A stretch of 64,000 nucleotides of DNA, from the NCBI GenBank assembly GCA_000092065.1, contig CP000583.1. The stretch is one strand, 5' to 3'. Shown here piece by piece: positions 10,328 through 20,778 of this stretch (position 1 is the stretch's first letter; every line of letters begins with the position of its first letter). The notes below the pieces were generated by a model, which worked only from the letters and a program-made list of their open reading frames with translations, searched no databases and was not told the DNA's origin. The DNA is from Ostreococcus lucimarinus. Taxonomy: Eukaryota. The position numbers and the translations under genes were made by a program.

Positions 10328-13300
10328 ATGGCGTCGTCGGCAGTGATGCGCGCGCGCAGTCTCGCGCGTCGCGCGCGAGTCGTCGCCGCGAGCGCGTGCG
10401 AAGCGGCGTCGCTCGCGTCTCGCGCGCGCGCGTCCGGCGCGTCGCGCGCGTCGCGCGTCGCGCGCGGCGGCGCGGCGACAGCTCGACGCGCGATGGCGAC
10501 GACGACGACGGCGACGACGACGGCGGCGCGCGCGCGCGCGACGCCGCGATGGCGATGCGCGACGACGACGGCGACGGCGAGACGCGCGATGCGCGCGATG
10601 CGCGCGGAGACGGACGAGACGACGGCGCGCGCGAGCGACGACGCGCGCGCGGTGTCGTATTGGCGAGAACAGATTCAAAACTACGACGCGAGCGCGAAGG
10701 CGTCGACGCGAGGGATGATCGCGAGACTCGATCGAGACGATCCGCTGGGCGTGGATCTGACGCTGCGAGGGGCGTCGACGCGGCATGGGGCGGGGAAACG
10801 GATGACGCTGTATGATTACGCGAGGACGGTGAAGGCGGCGCATCCGCGGAAAATATCGTTGATTCGAGTGGGAGATTTTTACGAGTGCTTGGGATACGAC
10901 GCGGTGATGCTGGTGATGCACGCGGGGTTGAATCCGATGGGGATTTCGGGGGTGCCCAAGGCGGGGTGCCCGGTGGTGAAGATTCAGGAGACGCTCGATC
11001 GGTTGACGTCGAGAGGGTACTCGTGCGTCGTTTGCGAAGAGGTGCCGCAGATGAATAGATACGGCCAACCGACGCCGCCTAAGGATCGGTACATCGCCGC
11101 GATCGTGACGCCGGCGTCGCCGAATTACGTCAAAGGCGCGGCATCGCAGGGCGAAGACGTCGATTTCGGGGATGGGAGCGCGCCACCGGTGATTGGGCTC
11201 GCGAGCAGCGCGCTCGGGTACACCGTAGTCACCGTCGAACCGGATCTGCGTCGAGTATCCGTCCTCGAGGGATTGACGGCGGAAGCCGCCGCGGCGAAGC
11301 TGTCGGCGGGCGGCATCGCGCCGCCGCTTTACAGGCACGCAAGTCTGGGAAGTGGTCACGCACAGAGCGGTCGGCACGCGGCCGGCACGAGCGCGCCGAG
11401 TCGGCGTTTACGCTGGGAGGTGCAATCGATTTTGAGCGCCGCCGAAGGCGTCGACGCGGTGAAATACAACGGCGACGTCGTGGAGAAGCTCCTAGATCTC
11501 GTGCGTTTGGATCACGGACTCGGGCCCGAAGATGCTTTCCATCGCGTGACTGTGCCTAACAAAGGCCGCCCAGCGCCGCTCTCACTCGCGACCGCGCAAC
11601 AGCTCGGAATCTTGCCGTCGCGATCCGTGCCTCCGCTCTTGACGCATCTGTTGCCCGAGAGGTCGGCACCGGCGGCGTGTCGCTCGTACTTACAAGAGCT
11701 ATTGCTTCATCCACCGCCACCTCAAACTGCGCTCGCGATTCAAGAGGCTTCGGTGCTTTTCACGAAGTCGACGTCGGCCATGCCGCAACTCGAAGTCCTG
11801 CCGCCGAGCAAAGTGGCGAAACTTTTGGCCCAACGCGAGGCGAGCCATACATTTTTCGCCGATCTCGCGTCCATGGCGCGCGGTGTCGAGGCACTGCTAA
11901 CGAACAGCAGCGCGGACATTCGTCGTGCCGGACATTTGTTGATCGATCCCACGTCTTTGAAGCTCGGCGCCAAGCTGAACGGCGACGCGCTCGCCAAGGT
12001 GTGCTCGGAGGCGAGCGCGATGATCGAAAACGTGGTGAGCGAAGACGTTCTGAATGGAATCGCAGTTGTTCGTCAGAAGAGCGATGAAGACGAAAGCGAC
12101 GACGAGGATGAGCGCGATGACGCATCTTTCGTCATGGACGGTTTAGATCAACCACTCAAGCTCCTCAACATACCGAACAGATTTATGTTTGAAAACGAGC
12201 GTTGGCGAGGCAGAGTTCGTCGCGAGCACATTCCCGAAGCGATCGATCGGGTTGAATCCGCCGCACGCGCGCTTGAAACGGCAGTGAACGAAGATTTCAT
12301 GCCAATCATCGAAAAAGCCGCGGCCGAAAAGAAGACAAAAGCGAGGAAATGTGAGTTGGAACACGACATGCGAAACAACGCGCTTTGGATGCGTCACGCT
12401 CCAAAAGATGCGATGAAAATGGACGATTTTATTCATCCGCGCGATAGATTCGGAAAAGAGGTCGCAGATAGATGGACGACGGCACGAGTCGAGCTTGCTT
12501 TGGACGATTACAGAGTTGCGACGCAAAAAGCCGCGGTCGCAGTCTCTGACACTCTCATCAACCTCGCCGACGATTTGCAGGAGCACATATCGTCGCTCGT
12601 GGGCGCGGCGACTCTTTCAACGGTGACGATTGCGATTCTCGCCCACGCAAGCAACGCCATCAACAAACGTTGGACGCCGCCAACGCTTCTTCCCGAAGGC
12701 GACACGGCGAGTCCGCTTGCGGTCGAGGGCTTGGTACCGTTTTGGATGCGACTTGATGGCGCGGAGACGGTGCCGAATAGCTTTGACATCGATGGTTTGG
12801 TTTTACTCACCGGTCCAAATATGGCGGGAAAGAGTACGGTTTTACGCTCAGTGGCCGCGCTAGCGCTTCTTGCGCAGTGTGGACTACACGCACCCGCGAT
12901 TTCCGCCCAAGTACCTCGCTTAGACTCGCTCATAGTTCGAATGGCGAGCACGGATTCCCCAGTCGAAGGTTTGAGCTCGTTTGCGGTTGAGATGCTCGAA
13001 ATTAAATCCATGCTTAGCTCTTGCACCGCTGGTAGTCTGATCATGGTTGACGAACTTGGTCGAGGCACGGAGGCTTCGCACGGCACTGCAATAGGCGGCG
13101 CAGTTGTCGAGGCGCTCGATGAGTGCGGCGCGCGTGGAATTTTCGCCACGCACCTGCACGGCATTCTGGATTTGCCGTTGCGCGTCTCGCCGTGGACGCG
13201 TCGAGCGCGCATGGAGACGGCAAAGTCGGATGATGGAAGCACGCGCCCGACGTGGAGAATGGTCCCAGGCGAATGCCGTGAGTCACTCGCGCTCCAAACC

Positions 13301-13831
13301 GCCCTTGATTGCGGTATTTCACACGCCATCGTCGCTCGAGCCAATGCATTGCTCGAGGAACAAACGAGCATCCCGCTCGTAAAGTTGAGCGACTCAGAGC
13401 AGGCGACGTTGATCGAGAAGCAAGACACCAGCCCGGAAAGACCGCGTGTCGATGGTGAATATTTGAAACTTCTCCTCGCTGAATCAACTGCGCGAGCGCT
13501 TCAACTTGAAAATGCGCAAGTGATTCACGTGGGTCCGAATCAAACGCCGCCGATTGGCTCCGCCGGACAAACGTGCGTGTACATTCTTCGCCGCGGAGAC
13601 GGCTGGTGCTATTGCGGCGAGAGCGACCATCTTCCTACGCGACTCGCGACGCATCGTCAAAGTTCCCAGCGTCTCATCGAGCTAGTGTACGTCGCGGTGC
13701 CGAAAGAAGCGGGAGGAAAGAGCGCCGCGCGCGCCCTCGAGAGCCGCGTCATCCAAGCGTTACAGCGAGCGCGCGTGCCGTTGTGGTCGGATCAAGACGC
13801 CGCACACAAACATTTTGGCGCCGCAGGGTGA
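10328..13831 (+). CDS. MSH1: MSH1-type organellar MutS homolog with a C-terminal GIY-YIG endonuclease domain.
   Basis: MutS domain I: LIRVGDFYECLGYDAVML. MutS ATPase Walker A: LLTGPNMAGKSTVLRSVAALALLAQCG. Extreme C-terminus: CVYILRRGDGWCYCGESDHLPTRLATHRQ, GIY-YIG-like. The track ORF 9638-13831 has about 230 low-complexity codons upstream that overlap the MMADHC gene on the other strand. I placed the start at ATG 10328 (MASSAVMRARSLARRARVV, a mitochondrial-type presequence). ATG 10492 is an alternative start. Confidence 0.7.
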   Translation: MASSAVMRARSLARRARVVAASACEAASLASRARASGASRASRVARGGAATARRAMATTTTATTTAARARATPRWRCATTTATARRAMRAMRAETDETTARASDDARAVSYWREQIQNYDASAKASTRGMIARLDRDDPLGVDLTLRGASTRHGAGKRMTLYDYARTVKAAHPRKISLIRVGDFYECLGYDAVMLVMHAGLNPMGISGVPKAGCPVVKIQETLDRLTSRGYSCVVCEEVPQMNRYGQPTPPKDRYIAAIVTPASPNYVKGAASQGEDVDFGDGSAPPVIGLASSALGYTVVTVEPDLRRVSVLEGLTAEAAAAKLSAGGIAPPLYRHASLGSGHAQSGRHAAGTSAPSRRLRWEVQSILSAAEGVDAVKYNGDVVEKLLDLVRLDHGLGPEDAFHRVTVPNKGRPAPLSLATAQQLGILPSRSVPPLLTHLLPERSAPAACRSYLQELLLHPPPPQTALAIQEASVLFTKSTSAMPQLEVLPPSKVAKLLAQREASHTFFADLASMARGVEALLTNSSADIRRAGHLLIDPTSLKLGAKLNGDALAKVCSEASAMIENVVSEDVLNGIAVVRQKSDEDESDDEDERDDASFVMDGLDQPLKLLNIPNRFMFENERWRGRVRREHIPEAIDRVESAARALETAVNEDFMPIIEKAAAEKKTKARKCELEHDMRNNALWMRHAPKDAMKMDDFIHPRDRFGKEVADRWTTARVELALDDYRVATQKAAVAVSDTLINLADDLQEHISSLVGAATLSTVTIAILAHASNAINKRWTPPTLLPEGDTASPLAVEGLVPFWMRLDGAETVPNSFDIDGLVLLTGPNMAGKSTVLRSVAALALLAQCGLHAPAISAQVPRLDSLIVRMASTDSPVEGLSSFAVEMLEIKSMLSSCTAGSLIMVDELGRGTEASHGTAIGGAVVEALDECGARGIFATHLHGILDLPLRVSPWTRRARMETAKSDDGSTRPTWRMVPGECRESLALQTALDCGISHAIVARANALLEEQTSIPLVKLSDSEQATLIEKQDTSPERPRVDGEYLKLLLAESTARALQLENAQVIHVGPNQTPPIGSAGQTCVYILRRGDGWCYCGESDHLPTRLATHRQSSQRLIELVYVAVPKEAGGKSAARALESRVIQALQRARVPLWSDQDAAHKHFGAAG

Positions 13832-13871
13832 GTTAGAGAAATTGAAATAGCAGTGATATGGGTTCGTTTCA

Positions 13872-13877
13872 TTTATT
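13872..13877 (-). terminator. AATAAA on the minus strand, 30 nt after the stop of the 13908-15044 hypothetical gene.
   Basis: The plus strand reads catTTATTcatg. This is in the 76-bp AT-rich convergent gap with MSH1. Confidence 0.3.
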
Positions 13878-13907
13878 CATGAAAATACATTGTGTGTGTA
13901 GATGCGG

Positions 13908-15044
13908 CTAAACGCTCAGACCGGATCCCAAAACGAAACGCTCGATGCGTTTGTCCAAGGGAAACGTCGGCGCGACTTTGAATCCCGTCACCGACTTGAA
14001 GCGCGCGTTGAGCCAAGAACCGAGGCGACGCAGTAAATCGCCTCTACGATGCATCATCAAATCCGCGACGTCGCCTCCATGGCCTTGTTGATACTGAACA
14101 CGCAACGAATCGTGTGTGTTTTGCGATCCCGTGGAGCGCGTCGGCCTCGCGCCGCGGGATGATTGACCCACGCTTTGCGCCGCGTTTCTCCGCTCGTTCG
14201 TAAATCTATCCAGCTCTTTCGACACGTACGCGGCGTTAGATACAGCTTGAAACCGCTGTCTCGCCAACTGTGAAGCGCGCAGCGCGTCCTCTGACGCCCG
14301 CGCCGCCGGCAGCGCGCCCGCGGGAGTCGCGTCGACAGTCACTGGCACGGGCATTTCGCCCACTATCTTACCGCCCGCCTCACCACCCTCGACTGAGTTT
14401 TCTTGACTCGAGTCTCGCACCGCCGAGTCGTCGTCCGACCGCCGCGTGGACGCCGCGCGGTACTGCGCGATCGCGCGCGCCACCGATCCATCACCTCCCC
14501 GACTCGCACCAGCGGATCCACCGTAACTCGGAATCCCGCCCCCGGGCTTACTTCCGCCTCCCCGACTCGCCGCGTACGAAACCGAACTCTCTCGTTCAAC
14601 CACCGCTTTGCTCCACGGCGCCGCGCGCGTCTCCGTCGCCGCCGTCGTCGCCATCGCGGGCGATCCGCTGTCACCGACGATAGAATTCTCGTTCGCATTA
14701 AATCGCACGACCTTGCTCGCGCTCGCCTTGGTCTTCGTCTCCTCTCGTCCGATCATCACGAATTCATACTCTGGCGCCGTTCTCTTCGCCCCCCCCGTCG
14801 CCGTCGGCTTCGCGTTCTCATCCATCTCATCCCTCGCCGCGTCGCGCGCCGTCTCGTAGGCGCTTCGCTTCGCCACCGGTTTCGCCTCCAACCGCGTGTT
14901 CCCCGACGTCGTCCGCTTCAGGTCGTACTGCTCGCCCAGCAGCGCCAACAGCGACGTCGCGTCGAATTTCCCCTCGTTCGCTCCCTTCGCCCCCGTCGTC
15001 CCTCTCGCCGCGCCCGACGCCCCGGATTCGTACGCTGGATTCAT
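13908..15044 (-). CDS. Hypothetical protein with no recognised domain. The start is uncertain: ATG 15044 or ATG 15290.
   Basis: The lower part of the 755-aa minus ORF (13908-16175) has non-repetitive composition (...EYEFVMIGREETKTKASASKVVRFNANENSIVGDSG...LRVQYQQGHGGDVADLMMHRRGDLLRRLGSWLNARFKSVTGFKVAPTFPLDKRIERFVLGSGLSV*). It fills the 1.5-kb gap between MSH1 and the ABCF gene. The part above ~15300 is antisense to the ABCF N-terminus and is low-complexity. An AATAAA motif lies on the minus strand 30 nt after the stop. Confidence 0.3.
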   Translation of the reverse strand: MNPAYESGASGAARGTTGAKGANEGKFDATSLLALLGEQYDLKRTTSGNTRLEAKPVAKRSAYETARDAARDEMDENAKPTATGGAKRTAPEYEFVMIGREETKTKASASKVVRFNANENSIVGDSGSPAMATTAATETRAAPWSKAVVERESSVSYAASRGGGSKPGGGIPSYGGSAGASRGGDGSVARAIAQYRAASTRRSDDDSAVRDSSQENSVEGGEAGGKIVGEMPVPVTVDATPAGALPAARASEDALRASQLARQRFQAVSNAAYVSKELDRFTNERRNAAQSVGQSSRGARPTRSTGSQNTHDSLRVQYQQGHGGDVADLMMHRRGDLLRRLGSWLNARFKSVTGFKVAPTFPLDKRIERFVLGSGLSV

Positions 15045-15366
15045 CCGCGCGTCGCGCTCGCGCGTTCGTCCCCCCCGCGTCCCGCGCGCGTCCTCGTCAT
15101 CGCCCGTTTCATTCAGAATTCTAAAATTTCCGTTCGATCGCCGTTCGCGCGAATTCGACCCCGTCCTCGCGTCGTACGCCAGCACGTCGCTCACGTCCTC
15201 GAACCGCCGCGTCGAGCGCGTCTCGAGCGACGATCCCTCGCTGTTCGGCGCGCGGTCACCGCGTCGGCGTCGATGCGTCGTCGTCGTCATCGAATCCAAT
15301 CGAATTCGCGCGTCGATTACTGACGCGACGCCGCGACACCGCGACGCCGCGACGCGCGCGCGCGCG

Positions 15367-15494
15367 ATGCGCGCGGCGGACGCGCGCGCGGACGCGCTCG
15401 TGCGCGCGCTCGGCGGCGACGACGCCGTCGCGGCGTTTCGCGCGCACTTTGACGACGACACGCGGCGGTTCGTCGAGGACGCGCTCGGCGACGT

Positions 15495-15532
<38 letters not shown>

Positions 15533-15659
15533 TCGACGCGCTGGTGGAGATTTTGCTGCCGTTCGCGGCGGAGGCGATGGGATTGGACGCCGAGGACGAG
15601 GGCGTGGCGCGGCGCGCGCGAGTCGCGTGGGCGCGGCGCGACGGCGGCGGCGACGGCGA

Positions 15660-15693
<34 letters not shown>

Positions 15694-18243
15694 CCGGCGG
15701 TTCCGACGACGACGACGAGGAATGAAAAAGAAAATGATGCGGACGCGTCGACGGCGAGGGACGGGGATCGAGGCGGCGCGGACGCGTCGACGGCGACGGA
15801 TTGGATGGCGAACGCGTCGACGCTGATGCGAGCCGAATTCGAGGCGTCGACGGCGGAACGAGCGGTTCGAAGACGGCCGAGGGACGAGAAAACAGTCAAA
15901 GCGTGCGTCGAGCGCGCGTTCGGGGTCGGTGCGTTCGCGAACGACGAGGACGCGCTCGAATACGTCGCGAGTTTGGTCGCGGCGGACGTGGACGAGGCGG
16001 AGGAGACGCTCGAGGACGCGCTGTCCGCAGTGATAGACGCGTACGATTTGAAGATTTCTGGTTCGGTCGAGGAGGTCTGTCGTCGCTTGCGCGAGCTTTT
16101 GGACGAACGCGCGGAGTTGGAGATTTGTAAGACGAAGCGCGGGGTGACGCCGGACGCGGCGACCGGGGTTCGCAAGCTCGCGAACGTCGTTAAGATGGGC
16201 GACGACGCCTCTCGCCGAGGACGAAAAGGTCAAAGCGTGGACGCCGCGGCGGGACTCATCGGTGGGAGCGCGTTTTGGGAGCAAGAGCAACGAAAGCAAC
16301 AGCTGGAAGAGGAAGAGCGCATGACGGCGCTGGCGAAAGCGAACGCGGAGGCGGTCGAGCAGAAGCGTCGGCGACGAGACGAAAAAGCGGCCAAGGCCAA
16401 GGCCAAGGCGCGCGAACGACAGCTCGAGGAAGAGATTCAAAACATGGAGCAGCTCGCCATCAACGCCGTGTACTCCAAAGGCGCGTCCAGTCGACTTGGT
16501 TCGCGCGATATATCTGTCTCCGAATTTAGTATGCCGCATCCTCGCGGTGGCGACGACTTGCTCGAAGGGACGACGCTGAGTTTGATGCACGGTCATCGGT
16601 ACGGCTTGTGCGGGCGAAACGGATGCGGGAAGTCCACGCTCCTTCGTTTGCTCGCTCAAAAGCGCGTACCAGGGATTCCCGCGGACTTGCGTATTATGTA
16701 TGTCGCGCAAGACTCGAGCGATGATCTCGCCTCGTGCGAGTTGACTCCGATCGAAGTCTTGGTGAAGTCGGACACGCGTCGCGAACTTTTGTCCAAGCAA
16801 CTCAAGGAGTTGCAAGATCACGAGGACGCGGCGGTGGATGTGGCCATCGACAAACGCATTCGGGAAATTTGCGATGAACTGAAAGCTATCGGGGCCTCAG
16901 ACGCGCACGAGCGCGCGAGAAAAGTTTTGCGCGGTCTTCAGTTTGACGCCGAACAGACTAGACGGCCGGTGGCATCGTTGAGCGGCGGCTGGCGCGTGCG
17001 CGTATCGCTCGCTCGCGCTTTGTACGTCAATCCAGATTGTTTATTGCTCGATGAGCCCACGAATCACTTGGACTTGGAAGCGTGTTTATGGCTCGAGCAG
17101 TACATTTGCAACGCGTTCGATGGGCGCACGCTCGTCGTGGTCTCGCACGACCGCTCATTCCTGAACGCTGTATGTACCGACGTCCTAGCGGTGTCGAATA
17201 AGAAGCTCACCGCGTACGCGGGCGATTACGCCACGTATGAAGCCGTGCGAGACGAGCAAAATGCGCGCCAGCAAAAAATGTACGACGAGCAGCAGGCTAA
17301 AAAGAAGCAAATGCAAAAGTTTGTCGATAAACATTTGCACAAAGGTTCGTCGTCCATGTTTGACGACGGAAACGCCAAAAAAGCAAAAGAGTTGGCAAAA
17401 AAAATGGAACGCATGGGTGCCATGGGACACGACGGAAAGAAGTGGAAACTCTCGTACGACGGCGCGCAGAAAGAGCTGACAGCGCCTGAAGTGGAGACCG
17501 GAAGTTTTAAATTTAGCTTTCCAGATCCTGGTCCGCTCCCGTCTAGCGAAAGCGTCCAGCTGCGCGAGATTGCGTTCAAATACGCCGCCGACGAGCCGGC
17601 GATGTTTGATCAGTTTTCGCACCCATTCGACTTGACCACGCGGATTGCGCTCGTGGGTAGAAACGGCGCGGGTAAGTCCACACTCATGAAACTCATCACG
17701 GGCGCGTTAAAGCCAACGCGAGGTGAGATTTTCAAAAGCGGCAAGATGAGAATCGCTCACATCACGCAGCATCACGTCGAACAGCTCGACATGACTATGA
17801 CGCCGCTGGAGTTTGTGTTGCACGTCTCCGGCATCGAACTCAGCGCGTCGACCTCACCCGAGCACGAGCAAGACGCCCGTCGTCGACTCGGTCGATTCGG
17901 TATTTCCGGCTCGCTCCAAACGCAAACCATCGCGCTGTTGTCCGGAGGGCAAAAATCGAGAGTCGCCTGGGCCGTCGCCACGTGGGACGAGCCACACATC
18001 CTCCTCCTCGACGAGCCCACCAATCATTTGGATTACGAAAGCGTCAACGCATTAATCGACGCCATCAACGCTTTCGACGGCGGCGTCGTTTTCGTCTCCC
18101 ACGACGAATTCTTCGTCCAATCCATTCACGGCGCCCGCGTGTTGGAGATCACCGGCGACGGCGCGCCGGGCGCGGTGTCCTTCGACGACGATTTCGACGC
18201 CTACAAGCGCAAAGCCCTGAGAGCCCTCAAACGATGGACGTGA
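15367..18243 (+). CDS. ABCF: ABC-F family ATPase (GCN20/ABCF3-like) with two ABC cassettes and a ~370-aa acidic N-terminal extension.
   Basis: Two Walker A motifs (GLCGRNGCGKSTLLRLL and ALVGRNGAGKSTLMKLI), two ABC signature motifs (LSGGWRVRVSLARAL and LSGGQKSRVAWAVATW), and two Walker B motifs (LLLDEPTNHLD twice). There are no transmembrane domains, so this is ABCF type. I placed the start at ATG 15367 (MRAADARAD...). The track ORF starts at 14896 and overlaps the upstream minus-strand gene. The N-terminal extension has poly-D and poly-T runs. Confidence 0.7.
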
Positions 18244-18308
18244 CTCTCGCGCATTCCTCCGTTCCACGCCTCGCGCCTCGATCGCGCGTCGCGAATGTAG
18301 TCTAAACG

Positions 18309-18336
18309 TAGTTCGTAGTTCGTAGTTCGCGGTTCG
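18309..18336. repeat. Heptamer microsatellite (GTAGTTC)x3 plus GCGGTTC, in the ABCF-CysRS intergenic region.
   Basis: gtagttcgtagttcgtagttcgcggttc. Confidence 0.5.
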
Positions 18337-18458
18337 CGTCCCGAAGCCCCGCGCGGCGAGGTCAACTCTGCCCCGCGCGATGCGTTCGCCGCACACCGCA
18401 TCGCGTCGCGACGCGACCGCAATCGACGCGCGCGCGCGAACGAACGTCCACCGCGGGC

Positions 18459-20699
18459 ATGCCGGTCGACGCGCGCGTGCGCGAGGGTTACTTTTTCGGG
18501 CGCGCGTGCGCGTGCGCGCCGCCCACGAGCTGGTGGCGCGATGACGCCGAACGCGCCGCGCGCGACGCCGCGGACGCGCGTCGACGCGCGCCGGCGCTGC
18601 TGAACACGTTCACGAAGACCAAAGTACCGTTTAAACCGCTGAGCGGGAACTCGGTGGGGTGGTACATCTGCGGACCGACGGTGTACGACTCGGCGCACGT
18701 GGGACACGCGCGCAACTACGTCAACTTTGACGTCTTGCGCAGGGTGATGATGGAGTACTTTGGCTACGACGTGCGGTTCGTGATGAACGTGACGGACATA
18801 GATGATAAAATTATCATGCGCGCGCACACGAGACGGGCGGAGGCGGTGGTGAAGGCGGCGAGGGAAACGGGCGAGACGAGACTCGGAGCGGAGACGCTGG
18901 CGGTGGAAAAGTTGTTGGCGGAGGGTGGGAAACCGTTAGGGGCGCTCGATAGCGCCACGCGGACGCTGGCGAACGCGGTGAAGGCGGCGATAGGAAGCGG
19001 GATCGATGCCGAGCACTGTTGCGCGAAAGATTGGACGATTCAGGATGGATACCTGACGCTCGCGCACCAATTCGAAGCCGAGTTCATGGAGGATATGAAA
19101 TCCTTGGGCGTGGCGCGACCGGACATGCTGACGCGGGTTTCGGAGTACGTGGATAAGGTGATTTTGTACATTCAAGTCATCATTAACAAAGGATTCGCGT
19201 ACGAGTCCAACGGCAGCGTGTACTTTGACGTCAAGGCTTTCGAGGCGGCGGAGAACCACAAGTACGGCAAGCTGAATCAAAACGCCATGGAAAACATCAC
19301 GGAAGCCATGGATGGAGAGGGCGCACTCGAGGCGGAAAAGAGCGAAAAGAAGTGCGATTTTGACTTTGTGCTTTGGAAGATGAGCAAAGACGGTGAGCCG
19401 TGCTGGAGCTCGCCCTGGGGTATGGGTCGCCCGGGGTGGCACATCGAGTGCTCCGCGATGTGCAGCGACATTCTCGGTCAATCCGTCGATATCAACGGTG
19501 GCGGGATCGATTTGAACTTTCCTCATCACGAAAATCAGCTCGCGCAGTCGGAGGCGCATTACGATACCGAACAATGGGTGAACTTTTTCATCCACACCGG
19601 TCACTTGCACATCGACGGGTTGAAGATGAGCAAGAGTTTGAAGAATTTCATCACCATTCGCGCGGCGCTCAAGATGTACTCGGCGAGACAAATTCGGTTC
19701 TTATTCCTGCTTAACCAGTGGTGCGATCCGATGGAACTCACCCCAGTCGCTGCGCCTGATGGATCTGGCGTCATCGGCTTTAAGCAGATGGATCTCGCGC
19801 TGAGCATCGAACGCTTGTTTGTGGAATTTTTCCACTCCATCAAGGGCGTGTTCCGCACCTCTGGAAGTTACCACGTCGACAAGCAGCAGACTTGGAACGA
19901 GCGCGAGCGCGAACTTAGTGATGCGCTCGACACGTCTCAAGCCGCCGTGCACGAAGCACTCATCGACAATATCAACACCCCCAACACCCTTCTTGCACTG
20001 CAAGATCTCGTCAAGGCGACGAATAAGTACCTCGCGGAGACAGGCAGCGTTGATGTTCGACCACTTCTCCTCGAACGCGTGGGCAAGTTTGTCACGAAGA
20101 TCCTTAACTGCTTGGGCGTGTGCTTAGACACCGGCGCGGTCGGGTTCCCGGAGTCTTCGGAGGGTTCGTCCGAAGGTCGTGAAGAAACGCTTTCACCGTT
20201 TCTTGATTTGATGACGAAATTCAGAGACGACATTCGCAAGCTCGCCCAAGGCGGGGCGTCCGCGAAGGAACTTCTCACCGCGTGCGACAACCTGCGAGAC
20301 GTCGGGTTACCAGAGCTCGGCGTGAAGCTCGACGACAAGGAGGGCGGTGCGTTGTGGAAGCTTTACGACGCGGACGAGTTGAAGAAAGAAATTGCGCGCG
20401 AGCACGAAGCCAAGGAGGAGAAGGAAAGAGCGAAGCGCGCAGCCAAGGAGGAAGCGGCGCGCAAGGCGGCGGAAAAAGAAGCCAGGGCTAAGGTTCCACC
20501 GAGTGAAATGTTCAAGACGTTCAGTGAATACGAAGGATTGTACTCCAAGTACGACGACGACGGAGTGCCGACGCACGACGCCGCGGGCGAGGCTTTGGCG
20601 AAGAGCGCGGCAAAGAAACTGCTCAAGTCGCGCCAACAGCAAGAGAAGGCTCACGAAACGTACCTCGCCAAGGCGGGCATGGAAAAGCTCGCAGTCTAA
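18459..20699 (+). CDS. CARS: Cysteinyl-tRNA synthetase (class I), eukaryotic type, with a C-terminal Lys/Glu-rich extension.
   Basis: HIGH-type motif: ICGPTVYDSAHVGHARNYV. KMSKS motif: KMSKSLKNF. Zinc-binding context: WHIECSAM. 746 aa from ATG 18459. AATAAA at 20731, 32 nt after the stop. Confidence 0.8.
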   Translation: MPVDARVREGYFFGRACACAPPTSWWRDDAERAARDAADARRRAPALLNTFTKTKVPFKPLSGNSVGWYICGPTVYDSAHVGHARNYVNFDVLRRVMMEYFGYDVRFVMNVTDIDDKIIMRAHTRRAEAVVKAARETGETRLGAETLAVEKLLAEGGKPLGALDSATRTLANAVKAAIGSGIDAEHCCAKDWTIQDGYLTLAHQFEAEFMEDMKSLGVARPDMLTRVSEYVDKVILYIQVIINKGFAYESNGSVYFDVKAFEAAENHKYGKLNQNAMENITEAMDGEGALEAEKSEKKCDFDFVLWKMSKDGEPCWSSPWGMGRPGWHIECSAMCSDILGQSVDINGGGIDLNFPHHENQLAQSEAHYDTEQWVNFFIHTGHLHIDGLKMSKSLKNFITIRAALKMYSARQIRFLFLLNQWCDPMELTPVAAPDGSGVIGFKQMDLALSIERLFVEFFHSIKGVFRTSGSYHVDKQQTWNERERELSDALDTSQAAVHEALIDNINTPNTLLALQDLVKATNKYLAETGSVDVRPLLLERVGKFVTKILNCLGVCLDTGAVGFPESSEGSSEGREETLSPFLDLMTKFRDDIRKLAQGGASAKELLTACDNLRDVGLPELGVKLDDKEGGALWKLYDADELKKEIAREHEAKEEKERAKRAAKEEAARKAAEKEARAKVPPSEMFKTFSEYEGLYSKYDDDGVPTHDAAGEALAKSAAKKLLKSRQQQEKAHETYLAKAGMEKLAV

Positions 20700-20730
20700 C
20701 GTCTCAGTCATCCTCATTAGCGAGTTGTCG

Positions 20731-20736
20731 AATAAA
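20731..20736 (+). terminator. AATAAA polyadenylation-signal-like motif, 32 nt after the CysRS stop.
   Basis: gagttgtcgAATAAAcgaaagtg in the 80-bp convergent gap between CysRS and the M3 peptidase. Confidence 0.4.
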
Positions 20737-20778
20737 CGAAAGTGAATTTAAAAATTGTGCTTACATTTTTCACGCGCT

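Noticed and set aside
10109-11377. 422-aa minus-strand ORF, extremely Arg-rich (RRRRRRRRRR runs), antisense to the MSH1 presequence and domain I.
   Set aside because: Low-complexity composition typical of the opposite strand of GC3-rich coding DNA. It overlaps a gene with strong homology support and has no recognisable domain.
13908-16175. Treating the whole 755-aa minus ORF as one gene.
   Set aside because: The part above ~15300 is Ser/Ala/Val homopolymer-rich and antisense to the ABCF N-terminus. Only the lower portion (to ATG 15044 or 15290) is kept, at low confidence.
15256-16821. 521-aa minus-strand ORF antisense to the ABCF N-terminal extension.
   Set aside because: Arg/Val-rich low-complexity antisense shadow. 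The plus strand carries a coherent ABCF gene.
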